Source: the human T2T-CHM13v2.0 reference genome, Homo sapiens
Assembly (NCBI RefSeq): GCF_009914755.1
Contig: NC_060929.1
Reading direction: 5' to 3' (one strand)
Length of the DNA stretch: 64,000 nucleotides
The stretch's first letter is position 1; the number at the start of each line of letters is the position of its first letter. The position numbers and the translations under genes were made by a program. Below the pieces are notes generated by a model, which saw nothing but the letters and a program-made list of their open reading frames with translations, was not told where the DNA came from and did no database searches. This document shows, piece after piece, positions 47,670 through 64,000 of this stretch.

Positions 47670-48155
47670 CAGAGGAACTTTCTTAGATTGAAAGATATTA
47701 AAGAAAAATAACAATTATTTGCAATATGTATGTCAACCTTGATTGATTACTGGAGTGAAAAAAAAACTACATAAAATGCTCTCTAAATAGTTGGGAAAAT
47801 TTGAATATGGAATATATTAGATGAAATTATTAATTTTTTAGGTATAAAACTGATAAGGTGATTATGTAGAAAAATGTCTTTATTTTAGGGTATGTCAAGT
47901 TATAACACCAAAAAGAAACTAGGGGTGAAGTGTCATGATTTTTGCAACTTATTTTCAAATGGTTTAGCAAAACAAGATATATTTTAAAAGTTATAATATT
48001 TTATATAGAAACACATACAAAGAGAGGAGAGAGAAAGCAAATGTGACACAATATTAACAATGATTAATATTGTGGTGAAAGATATATAGATGTTCATTGT
48101 ACCATTCTTTTAACTTCTCTGTAAGTTTGGAAAACTATAATTAAAAAGTTGGGAG
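47670..48155 (+). mobile_element. Old L1MC/ME 3' UTR fragment
   Basis: ttgggaaaatttgaatatgg...ggggtgaagtgtcatgatttttgcaacttattttcaaatggt...atgttcattgtaccattctttt. Confidence 0.65.
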
Positions 48156-48204
48156 AAGTTATATCTATATGCTCCTCTTAAAATATTATATGAAGATATA
48201 CACT

Positions 48205-48488
48205 ATCATTATTATTATTATTTTTAGAGACAGGGTCTCATTCTGTCACCCAGGCTGCTCACTGCAACCTCAAACTCTCCCAGACTCAAGTGATCCTCCC
48301 ACCTCAGCCTCCCATGTGGCTGGGATTATAGGCAAGTACTACCATGCCGGGCCAATTTTTTTTTTGTTTGTAGAAATGAGGTCTTGCTATGTTGCCCAGG
48401 CTGGTCTCAAACTCCTGGTCTCAAGTGATCCTCCTGCCTCAGCCTCCCGAAGTGCTGGGATAAAAGGTGTGAACCACCATACCCAGCC
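48205..48488 (-). mobile_element. AluJ in the CCL28 3' UTR (sense to the gene)
   Basis: Reverse Alu with (ATT)n tail, 200 bp past the stop codon. Confidence 0.88.
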
Positions 48489-48688
48489 AGTATTATCTTT
48501 TCATTTCATTTTCCAGTTGAGTATATTATTGGCTACATTTGCATACCGCACAATTGTTCATTTTTTAAAAACCAATATTTTGTTTTGTTCTGTTGTCTAC
48601 AATAAGGAGAATTCAGATGATAAACTTACAACCAATCATGGCCAAGTCCACTTGAGGAATTGTCTCTGTAGATTTATCTGTAGACTCT

Positions 48689-48881
48689 CTAATAAGGAGT
48701 TTTATGGCCGTATGTTTCGTGTTTCCCCTGATGTGCCCTGTTACTGTTCCTCTTGCCATGGTGTTTCTTCCTGTGGCAAACATTTCCTTTACCATTTTTC
48801 TTGGCAGCTTGCACTTTCATCCACTGCTTAACAGTATGGTTGTGCGGGCTGACACAGATTCTTCTGCGCTTGACATGAAGG
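48689..48881 (-). CDS. CCL28: C-C motif chemokine 28, last coding exon
   Basis: AG acceptor at 48882-48883 after a pyrimidine tract; reads (I)LHVKRRRICVSPHNHTVKQWMKVQAAKKNGKGNVCHRKKHHGKRNSNRAHQGKHETYGHKTPY* with TAG at 48689-48691; phase matches exon 2. Confidence 0.98.
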
Positions 48882-49118
48882 CTGTTAGAAAAGGAAGCAA
48901 AAGAAAGTCACTGATATAAAACATATATAAATAATCACTTAGTGACTTACATGCAGCTCCCACTTTGGGACACTGTATTCCTAGAGACTAAATTCAGACT
49001 AAATTTCTGAATTAAGTGTAGAAATGAAGTGAATTCTAAAGCTGAGCACCACAAGGTTCAATTTTGACTTTACAAACACTGCTGCCTGTGGGTCCTCAGA
49101 TATCATCAGAGAGTATTA

Positions 49119-49212
49119 AAAGAAAGAGAAGGAGAAGAAGGAATTGGATGAGGAAGAGAAGAAGGAGAAAAGGAGGGAGAAAAAAGAGGAAGAAGAAAAG
49201 GAGGAAAAGAGA
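49119..49212. repeat. Purine-rich low-complexity tract
   Basis: aaagaaagagaaggagaagaag...gaggaaaaga. Confidence 0.85.
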
Positions 49213-49635
49213 CAATAATAAAAACCAAGTGAACCCAACAAAACCAATTCATCCTCACAGCCCATCTCAAACACATCCTTAAGGTTTGTTTGAGATTTTT
49301 CTGATCCGTAAGGATTTGTAGATTCTCTCAGCTAGATGCCGTCTTTTTTCCCCTCTGATTCTCCACGGTGAGAGTTATCTCTTTTCTGGCACTTACTTTA
49401 TTCTGTCTTTTATCTGAGTACTTGTCTCATCTTTCCTACTGGAGTTATGCTCCTTGAAGGAGGAATAGTCTAGAAGTGTCTTGAAAACGCCTTATTCAAA
49501 ACTGAAACTAATTTAAAACTTAAACTTAATTTAAAACTTAAATTAACAAAACAAAACTAAGATATTCTAGGCATTTGTTAACATTTTAATATGATATAGA
49601 TCTATGCCACAGTTCAGAATGTGCTTTCATTTTCA

Positions 49636-49945
<310 letters not shown>

Positions 49946-50633
49946 TCATTTTCATTTTTCTATATGAAGTTTTCACAGTGGGCTGGGAGAATGCTACAGC
50001 ATGCACAGTTTCTGGTAACTAGAATAATTTTTTTTGTTGAAAAAGATATTGGTGACTTCTAATTTCCTCATGAGGGGTCATCAGCTCTTACCAAATGTCA
50101 CAAATCCTGCTGGCTCTACATATACAGTATTTCCGTATCCAGATAAATTGAAACTTCTGACCCTGTTATTCAGGGAAAAAACAGAGGTGGGGTAGAGAAT
50201 AAGCTGCTATTTTTCTAGATGACGCAAGTTGAATCTTTTTCAGCTAATGTAGGGACTACTGAAATGGGAGAAAAGTGGGGAGAATCGGGGGAAAGTTACA
50301 AATGAGCTTTAACATAATAAAGCCAGCATATGGGGAATATTAATTTGAAAGAAGTGGAGCATCTTAATAAGAGAATAATATATTCCCTATGTGTATTAGA
50401 TAGAGAGTCTTAAAAAAAAACAAACAGCCTAATTCTCACTATGGTCAGTTGGTTTGCTATCATAGGAGAAAACGTGGCTGTAGCACTGTTGCGTAGGAAA
50501 CAAAAACAAACAAACAAACAAACAAACAAAAATCTGGCACTGAAGCTCCTACCCTTTCCAGAGGACTAAAACTCTTGCCTCTCCCTGTGATGTCAGAAAG
50601 AAACTGAGCAGATAAAGATTTTAGTGACATGCA

Positions 50634-50938
<305 letters not shown>

Positions 50939-51732
50939 GATTTCTGTGACATGCAGATAAGCCCATAAGTTACACAGGAAAGACCTACGATTCAAGTCCA
51001 TTATAAAAATAAGAGAGATGGGATTCAGGGAGGGGCATTGGCACCGGGGCTGAAGGAGAGAACCAGATGGAAGAGATATAGACAGAGGATTCAGAAAGGT
51101 GGAGGACCATAGGAAAACAGGCAACAACTAGCATGTGGGCTTTTTCAAAGACTTGCTGGTGAGGCAACCTCTCAATGTAATTCAACTGGGGAAAAAAATC
51201 AGCTACCAGAATACAGCTCCCAAATCTGAGATCCCATGATGTTTTAGAATCCTAAAGTTTAAAAACTTCTTAAATCTCTACTTGGATCCCATGTATTTTC
51301 CACCAGGATAGAAAGAGATGAAGTAATGTTGGAAACGGGGCTGGCCTATTCCACATTCCTTCCCCTACTCGCAATTCCATAGTATTCTGATGGGCACCAA
51401 TCCCCACCTTCCCAACGGTGAGTTTGTAGGTGGAGAGTTTTGACTGTAAGAAATCCTGAGGCCAATCCCCCTTTTTTTTTTTCTTAACCCTCAGGAGGAT
51501 AGCTGGAGATAGTCTGATGGACGTAAAGGGGTGGCCCTGCCATAGAGATTATACCTTTAATATCCCTTAAACTTTATTTCTTTACCCATTCCTCTAAACA
51601 CAACAACGCCTCACAACCACATCTGAAAAACTACTCAAGCCTTCCAGATAATTCTATTTAAAAACCTCAAATTTTCTCACAACAAAAAATGTCTGTTTGA
51701 TTCAAGAATCCTCAGGCCTCTGCCCAACATAA

Positions 51733-52025
<293 letters not shown>

Positions 52026-54444
52026 ATGATAAACAACCTGTTATTGTATTTATGTTCAGAAACATTCAGAAGCTCATTAATGAAGTCACTGTAGAGGAGT
52101 TTGAACAAGAAAACTGCTGTCTCAGGCATCAAAAACTACAATGACCATTTATAAGGTATAAAACATAGGACCTATTTCTAGGCAGAAAAGAAAGAAGCCT
52201 AGTAAGTTTACCGTACGTTGACTTATATTAATTAATTGTTATTAGTAATACATGCTACTTGGGAATTACATTTCCAGTGTTAGCAATGCTTTCTGCATCT
52301 TAAACACTTTCTCAAATCTTAAAGTCTTTATACCCAGTCAGGGATAAGGGACTACATTTTAGATAAGTAAAGACATGCTCCATACTAAACTAATCTGAAA
52401 ACAAGAGAATCTTTATCTATTCTTGTTGAACATCAGGAAACACAACAGACAGGATCTGTAATTTATGGTTAAAAAAATACTACAGAATTAAATTTAATTT
52501 TATTTGAGATTAGGTCATAACAACTCTGTATTTTTCAGCTTTCTTAGCACAGAGAGGTCAATTTACAAATTGTGCTTGAATAAAGTAAATATTTTTAGAT
52601 CCAACTGATTGGCTTCCTAGTTCCTCTTTAATTAAAATTGAGTCCTTTTTAAAATGAAGACTTATGTTTCTGATTATATTTTCCCTTATCACAGCAAAAC
52701 ATCATTTCTGTTCCTATGCCTTTCAGATCTCTGACACCTGCTTATCCCAAAGAAACATCCCTGAAAATCCTGTTACCAATACCTTCCCTGGATAACCTCC
52801 AGAATCTCTTATACACCCACAGAAACTTCCTCTGTTTTTTTTCTCCAAGCCTTTCTGGGAGTCCTATTGGAGCCCTTACAAGCTTCAAGCTTCAAGTCTG
52901 AGGTGATATGTGCCAATAAGGTGGAAGGAATTGAGAGGAGTTGAAAATTTGGAGTTTCTCAGAGCAACTGGAGCAGGTTCAGACAGATTTAGTGCAGCTG
53001 TGTCCACTTGACACAAATATCCAGCTGTTTCTAACTACCTAGAGCATTGTCTATCCACGCATTGTCTATGAATTTTTTACTTTCCAACTATTACCAACAA
53101 TATTCTTTAAGATTAAATAAAAGACTGGTAGAATCTTGGCCAGACATGTACCAAGGAATTTTTCAAAGAAGTTGGGAACTTGGAGCACCCCTCAGAATCC
53201 TCATTGGTATGTAGCCCCTGGAGTGCCACAGATGATGCTGGTTCCCAATGACTAAACCACCTGAGCCAATGGAGCCACGTGGTGGCTTGAACTGAGGAGA
53301 TGCTGAGAAAATTCTCAGGCTTCTCCCTTCTCCCACAAAGACACTCATGCTTAATACAAGTTTGAATCAAGAATTGTTTCCTCCCCTACATCTGACCCTG
53401 AGTGTGACCTTTAAACTTTATTTGATCTCAGAAACTTTGAGAATCTTATAAAACCTATGGACCCTCTAAAAATGCTCACAGGTTCATACACAAAAATTTC
53501 AGGAAGTTCACAGCCCCTAACCTGATGAAAGTCTATCAACAGACATCTTACAAACTCTTCCTCTGAACTTTTAAGAACGCTTATCTTGGAGCAGTTTTTC
53601 CTCAAAATTGAATAATGGATAAATCCCTCTGAAAGGGGGGAAAATATATTTCAAATTCCAGAGATCATCTCAAATCATTAAGATGATCTGCAGAACCCAG
53701 CTGGATAAAGAGTCCCCTTGAGACTCTAGGCAGACAGAACCCATTTTGTCACCACTGCATCCCCAGCATATAGAACAGTGCTTGGTGCATAATTGTTAAT
53801 TCATAAATATTTGTTGAATTCACTGAAAGAATAAGGTTTCTGAGTGACTCAGGAGCTCAGGCATAAGCAATGGGTTTATTTATAGCCCAAAGAAAGGAGC
53901 ACCAAATGACTCACTAGCATCACCTGGAGCCACAAATGGTGTTAAAACCAGCATGCCAGGGAGATGCCTGATACTCGGATGCAGTAGAGTTTGGAGAGGG
54001 TATTTTATGGTTAGTCCCACCACTGCTTTAGAATGACATTGGAGGTGTACAAGTGTTCTGAACTAAGAGACCTGGGTTCACATCCTGTTTCTGCAATTCA
54101 CGAGCTGTACACAAGTGAACCGTGTAACCTGAGTCACAGCTTTCTCCTGTGTATGATTGGGAGATCATTTATGCTTTCCTCACAGCATTGTTGTCAGAAT
54201 CCAGATTTACTAAATACCAATGCAGTTCAGATGTTAGAGCCTCCATAGAAATGTTAAGTACATATACAAACAAAGCTTTTAATAACTGAGCCAGGGGCAG
54301 GGGTGGGAGGCTTCACTGTGAACCAACACCACAGAATCAAAAGCAGAGATTGGATTGGCATTTCTGATTGGATTGCATATAGCACTGTGACAGGTATAGA
54401 TATTTCCACGCTTCTTTTTGAACCTTTTCTTTTGTTTTTCTTTG

Positions 54445-54754
54445 CCTTTTTGTTGTTGTGGTGGTGGTGGTTTTTTGAGACGGGATTTAACTCTGTCACC
54501 CAGGTTGGAGTGCACTGGCATGAGCACGGCTCACTGCAGCCTCGAACTGGGCTCAACGATCCTCCCATCACAGCCTCCCAAGTAGCTGGGACTACAGGTG
54601 CATGCCACCATGCCTGGCTAGTTTTAAAGTTTTTTGTAGAGATGGGGTCTCACCATGTTGCCCAGGCTGGTCTTGAACACCTGGGCTCAAGCGATACCCC
54701 TGCCTTGGCCTCCCAAAGTGCTGGGATTACAGGCATAAACCACCACACCCAGCC
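54445..54754 (-). mobile_element. AluJ
   Basis: Diverged reverse dimer. Confidence 0.88.
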
Positions 54755-55178
54755 TAACTTTTTGAACTTTATAATATGCTCCTGATGAATTCATAAAGTA
54801 GAAATGACAGCAACCCATATACTAAAAAAGGTTAAAAGCCATGAAATATAACAGAGTTATCTTTTGTTTGGGGTTTTGTTTTGCTTGGGAAAGTCATGAA
54901 CACTTTTTGGTGACTGGGGGAATTTAGTCCTAACCACAGCACTACAGGGTGGAAGTAGATGGTGTGCTGGTATGGGGCTCAGGACATCTTTGGACAGAGA
55001 GACTATGAATTTACTCCAGGGAGCCTGGGGCCTAATGGACAGAATATTTACTCTTCCCTCCCTTGTTTGGATGATTGTTTGTATGTTGTAATCAAGCAAA
55101 GCCTTTCCAACCTATTATTCGTTGGGCAGGGAAATAATCACTGTGCAGGTTTAGACCTCCCGGCTGATGAGCACTCAC

Positions 55179-55305
55179 ATGACAGCAGCCAAGTCACAAT
55201 CCCCATCAGCTCTCTGGATGCGACACATATTCACTCTTTCCAGGAGCCTTCTGGAAATATGATGTGAAACCTCCGTGCAACAGCTGGAGGCAATGGGAAG
55301 TATGG
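55179..55305 (-). CDS. CCL28: C-C motif chemokine 28, internal coding exon (127 bp)
   Basis: AG acceptor 55306-55307, GTGAGT donor 55173-55178; reads (A)ILPIASSCCTEVSHHISRRLLERVNMCRIQRADGDCDLAAV(I), including the CC motif. Confidence 0.98.
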
Positions 55306-55827
55306 CTAAAAGAAGAAAAGAAAGAAAATGTTAAATTTTACGGTTTATAGAACACTGGCATGGTTCTCATTTTAAAGATTTCAGAGAAACAATGTTAATC
55401 CACACAAACAAGGGGCAAACATGGCTTTGTGAATACAGACTTGGGGCAGGACATGTTCCCACTTTCTGGAATTTAAGCTATATTTGTGAAAGAGAAAATG
55501 TAAATTTAGGCAAAGACACAAAACAAGTGAAAGAGATGAAAAGAGTTACAGACAAGGATTCTGGTGGTACTGCAGACTGATCAAAGATGAAAGGAGTGAG
55601 GTCAACACGGTGTTTCATGCATTTTGGAACTGGAAAAGCATCATTCGTTCAGCAAACATTTATTGATTGCCCATTCTGTGACAGGCCCTGAGCTCTGCAT
55701 TCAAAGTTGAAATAAGGCATAATCTGTCCTTGTGATGCTTAATAGTCCAGTGGGAGGCAGGCCATAATAATCCCAACACAGCAAAATAAGTGTTAAAGAG
55801 TTATGTTCAAAGGGTTATGGGATTATA

Positions 55828-56128
55828 CATGAAAGAAGCCAGATTCGAAAGGCCATACTGTATGATTCCCTTTATATGAAAGATCCAGAATGGGCAAATC
55901 CATAAAGACAGAAAGTAGATTAGTGGTTGCCAGGGGCTGGGGGGCTAAGGGATGGAGAGGGACGAGTGAAAGGAGGGGACACGGAGTGACTGTGAACAGG
56001 TACAAGATCTCTTTTTGGAGTGATGAAAATGTGCTGGAATTAGATATTGGTGATCACACAATTCTGTGAATATATTGAAGACCACTGAATTTTATACTTT
56101 AAAATGGAGAATTTTATGGTTTGTGAAT
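55828..56128 (+). mobile_element. L1MB 3' end
   Basis: gaaagaagccagattcgaaaggccatactgtatgattcc...gaaagtagattagtggttgccagggg...gaattttatggtttgtgaat. Confidence 0.8.
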
Positions 56129-56773
56129 ACTGGTTGTTCCTACATTTATTAATGCATTTATTTCCTAAAACTGTTTCTTTCTTTAGCTATGCTGTGCTGC
56201 CTAAGTCAAACTCTTAATATCCTGAACAAGGTATTGGATTTATCACGTATCCACCCATTCATCCACCCATCTCACTATACGTGAATCACTACGCTAGACC
56301 CTGAAGGTAGAAAGATGAAGCGTTACTAGCCTCAAAGATTAGCTGTGGCCCAAGCAACTCTAATAGGAAACATACTTTCAGAAGCATGGTAGCAATTAAG
56401 AATCACAAGAAAATCTGTGTGTTTAGGAATTTGAGTTATCTGAGTGCTGATATCAATTCAAACAGTCTTAAGCCAGAAGAGTACCGGGGGCCTATATATA
56501 CTTAGTAAACTGGATTGCATTTCTCAAATATTAATATAAACGTAGGATGGGCTCAGCTGGAGATCACTTGATCTAAGTCACATTAACTATAAAAAGGCAA
56601 GAAGCAGGCCAGCATTTATTACATGTTAGTAGGTGCAACTAGTGCCCTCCAGAGGAAGCAGAAAATATAAGAGGCCAGGAAACAACTTTGGAGAGAACAT
56701 GGGAAGTTAGGCAATGGAGAATGTAAACTGGGTAGTTCCGAATAGGGCAACTGTAAAATTCTGTTAGATAACA

Positions 56774-56787
56774 TCGCCCCCTAGAGG
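56774..56787 (-). promoter_or_regulatory. Candidate CTCF motif
   Basis: Minus strand CCTCTAGGGGGCGA fits the CTCF core CCASYAGRKGGCRS with 1-2 mismatches. Confidence 0.55.
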
Positions 56788-58828
56788 TTCCCTCCTGCAG
56801 CCTCCTGTCAGAATAGTTCCATTTTTAAAAAGCCATCAGCTACTTCCCTTTATTTCAATTATGACTCCAGAATTTCTATATAGGAGAGATTTTGGTGTGT
56901 CAATTAGGCTGAAAAAGATGATTATGTGACATTTCTTCAGCATTTACATAGTTTTGTTCAGATGATACTGAACAATGGTTGTTGGAGAGGTTGTTGGGGA
57001 GGCAAGCTGATAAGAGGTCGGGGAGGCCAAAACCTGTTTGCAAAGACCACCTTGGTCAGGTATATAATGGAAAATAACCAGCTTATGTTCCAGAATTGGA
57101 GTTCACACAAACACAAACCTGTATGATGGAGAAGGGGTTCCCCTGAAGAGAAATATGTGACTATTACTGAAAATAAGAGAAGTCTTGCAGAGTGGGCTTA
57201 ATAAAGCAGCGGAGTCCAGAGGTATGAATGAGCAAGGATCTGAGGTATAATGCAAGACTTTGCCTGATCCACCCCCAACTGCCTCCCTAACCCCTCCTAG
57301 AGGTGCTCCCTTTGCTTTGGGAAGGGCAAAGCCCAACAGATCCATCTGGGAATTTCTCTGAAAAGTGATTTGTGAGATCAGCAGATGCGTTTCCCAGCTG
57401 GCCTGAGAAGCAGGCACTGAGGTCAGCTCTCTGGAGAAGTGGGCAACCACCAGTGGGTTTCAAATGGATCCAGAGCAGCTGCCCAACAGAGGAACCACAA
57501 AACTGGGAGTAAGGGTTCTGATTATGCAAGGGATCATCCCTCCTACACTATCAGGTCAACTTCCCCCAGACTCTTAGAGGGAAAGTACCCTTCTCCAGGA
57601 CCCACTATTTGAGAATTGTCAAGAATATTTGGATTGAGAAATCCTGCAGCAACTTTGTAATTACTGCCAGGCAAGAAAGTGGGGACCCAGAACATCACAA
57701 TTTCTACTCACCAACCAGTGAAGCCCAGAGTATAGGAGTTCCATGGGTAGCATCTGATGTGTCTATGCAGTGAATTGAAATCAGTATTTAAATCATATTT
57801 GAATCAGTTTGCTCTGGCATTTTTGAGATTGTATCAACTTTTGCTCCATTAAAAATAATGGTGTGCTTCTGTAGAGTGTGTGTGAAAGAAAGTAGGGGGA
57901 AAACATTTCTAACATAAGAGAAAATGTGGCAAGGGCTATGTGATAAACAGAATGGTATCTGGAACACTGAAAGGCAGAAGCGATAAATTATAGAGACTTG
58001 GGTCCATCTTTATCAAGGTGGTGGCATTTGAGCTGAAAATGTGAAAAATGGATAGAATATGAATAGGGCAGTAAATATAGAGGAGACAGTGGGTGTAAAG
58101 ATACAAATGTGGAAAAAGGCAGATTCATGCAAATTTGGTTGGAATATAGAATTTATGAATGTAAGTTGTAGGAGGATGACATGAAAAGTATTTTGAGGCC
58201 AGACAGCTTTATATTTTATACCAATAACACGAGTTCAGTAACCTCTTTCTATGGAAACTTTAAAAATCAAGACATGACAATTCACCTAAACTAATACTTC
58301 TGTGGAAATGTAGATGTGAATAAATAAATGATGACTTAACTACTATTCCCCTTTCCTTGTGAAACATTTCAACACAGAGGAACTACCAAGAATAATAAAA
58401 ACACCTATATACTCATCACCCAAATGTTATTAATGTTAAGTCTTTTCCATATTTGCCTTCAGTCTTATTTTTAAGTAACTGTTTCCAGTACTTTACTGTT
58501 ACAAGCAAGGCTACAACAAACATCCTAATGATAACAGACATTGTTTGAGTTCTTACTGTGTGCCAGGCACTAGTGTAACTGCCATGTGTGAATTAATTTA
58601 AATAATCTACACAGCAACTATATGCAGAAGAAAGTATATTAATCACCATTTTATAAATGGGTAATAATATGCAGAAAAACTACATAACTTCCCCGAGATC
58701 AAAGGGCCAAGAAATAAATAGTGGGGCTGGAATTTGAATACATACATTCTGGCACTTTTTAGGCCTTTTGGTTATACTTTATTTGCTTTTCTAGATGTCT
58801 CCTTGGGGCTTGTGTGAGAATTTCTCTA

Positions 58829-63365
<4,537 letters not shown>

Positions 63366-63619
63366 GTTTGGCTCTAAGCTTAGAAACAAAGCATTCAACT
63401 CATGGGTTAAAGAGGAAACCACAAAATCTTATTCTGGAAAATCGTAAAAGTACTATTTATTATAATGGGTGGGGTACAGTTAAATTTAGCCCTAAATGCA
63501 TTTATTTAAAACACATACACGAAAAAAACGTGTGTTCAACTAAAAACCCGGAAAAGGAAAATCAGAGGAAACAAAGCACGAGAAAAAAAGAAAGAAAGAA
63601 AGAAAGAACGAAAAAAGAA

Positions 63620-64000
63620 AAGCACGACGTTATGGCGCTTTGAGGCTGTCGCGCTACTGGTATCTGTAGTCGTGGCTGCCGTGGACCAGGAGAGACTGAA
63701 GTGGAAAACAGCGGGCGGTAGCCGAAGCAGAGAGCAAGGAAGAGCGCGGGAAGTGCAGAGCGACAGCAACAAGAAAGGGGTGGCGCGGGACGTCGTTTAC
63801 CTGGGCGACGTCCAGCCGCCCTTCCCGCCTCTGCGCGTACGCAACCTGCTTGGCGCCACTGACCTGGTGAGGAGGCTTCTTTAAGGCCGTGGACGGTTCC
63901 TACCCGCGCGCGGAGAGGACCGACGTGAAGAAGCTGCCAAAGTATAACAAGTACTACGCGAAGGGTAGGTAGGGTGGAGTCCCAGGCAGCGCGTGACGGC
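63620..64000. promoter_or_regulatory. CpG-rich, non-repeat element (CpG-island edge) within CCL28 intron 1; candidate alternative promoter/exon
   Basis: Abrupt rise in CpG density outside any Alu; minus-strand donor CAG|GTAAAC at 63801/63800. Confidence 0.7.

Noticed and set aside
48169-48831. 220-aa plus-strand ORF overlapping CCL28 exon 3
   Set aside because: Its first half is antisense-Alu translation and the rest is the antisense of the CCL28 CDS/UTR; no independent coding signal.
49064-49282. Arg/Lys-rich protamine-like ORF
   Set aside because: Translation of a purine-rich low-complexity tract in an intron.

Overview
Primate (human-like) nuclear DNA, very repeat-dense. The only intact protein-coding gene is the 3' part of the chemokine gene CCL28 on the minus strand: exon 2 at 55179-55305 and the exon 3 CDS at 48689-48881, with canonical splice sites and phases. 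The signal-peptide exon lies outside the window, and a CpG-rich element with a candidate alternative exon lies at the right edge. The left 45 kb is intergenic. It holds a HERV-IP10/LTR10-type provirus (gag-pro, tRNA-Pro PBS, AP-1 repeat array in the LTR) with a nested LTR7-like LTR, a full-length L1PA with a ~445-bp internal duplication around a second L1 tail, an RPLP1 processed pseudogene and a TSD-flanked SNX18 3'-UTR retrocopy. A 3'-truncated L1, many Alus and solo LTRs, and several small tandem duplications are also present. I found no evidence of a new multi-gene system; the best leads are retrotransposition-mechanism fossils and candidate regulatory or isoform features of CCL28. Repeat subfamily names are from recalled consensus sequences and need RepeatMasker/Dfam confirmation.
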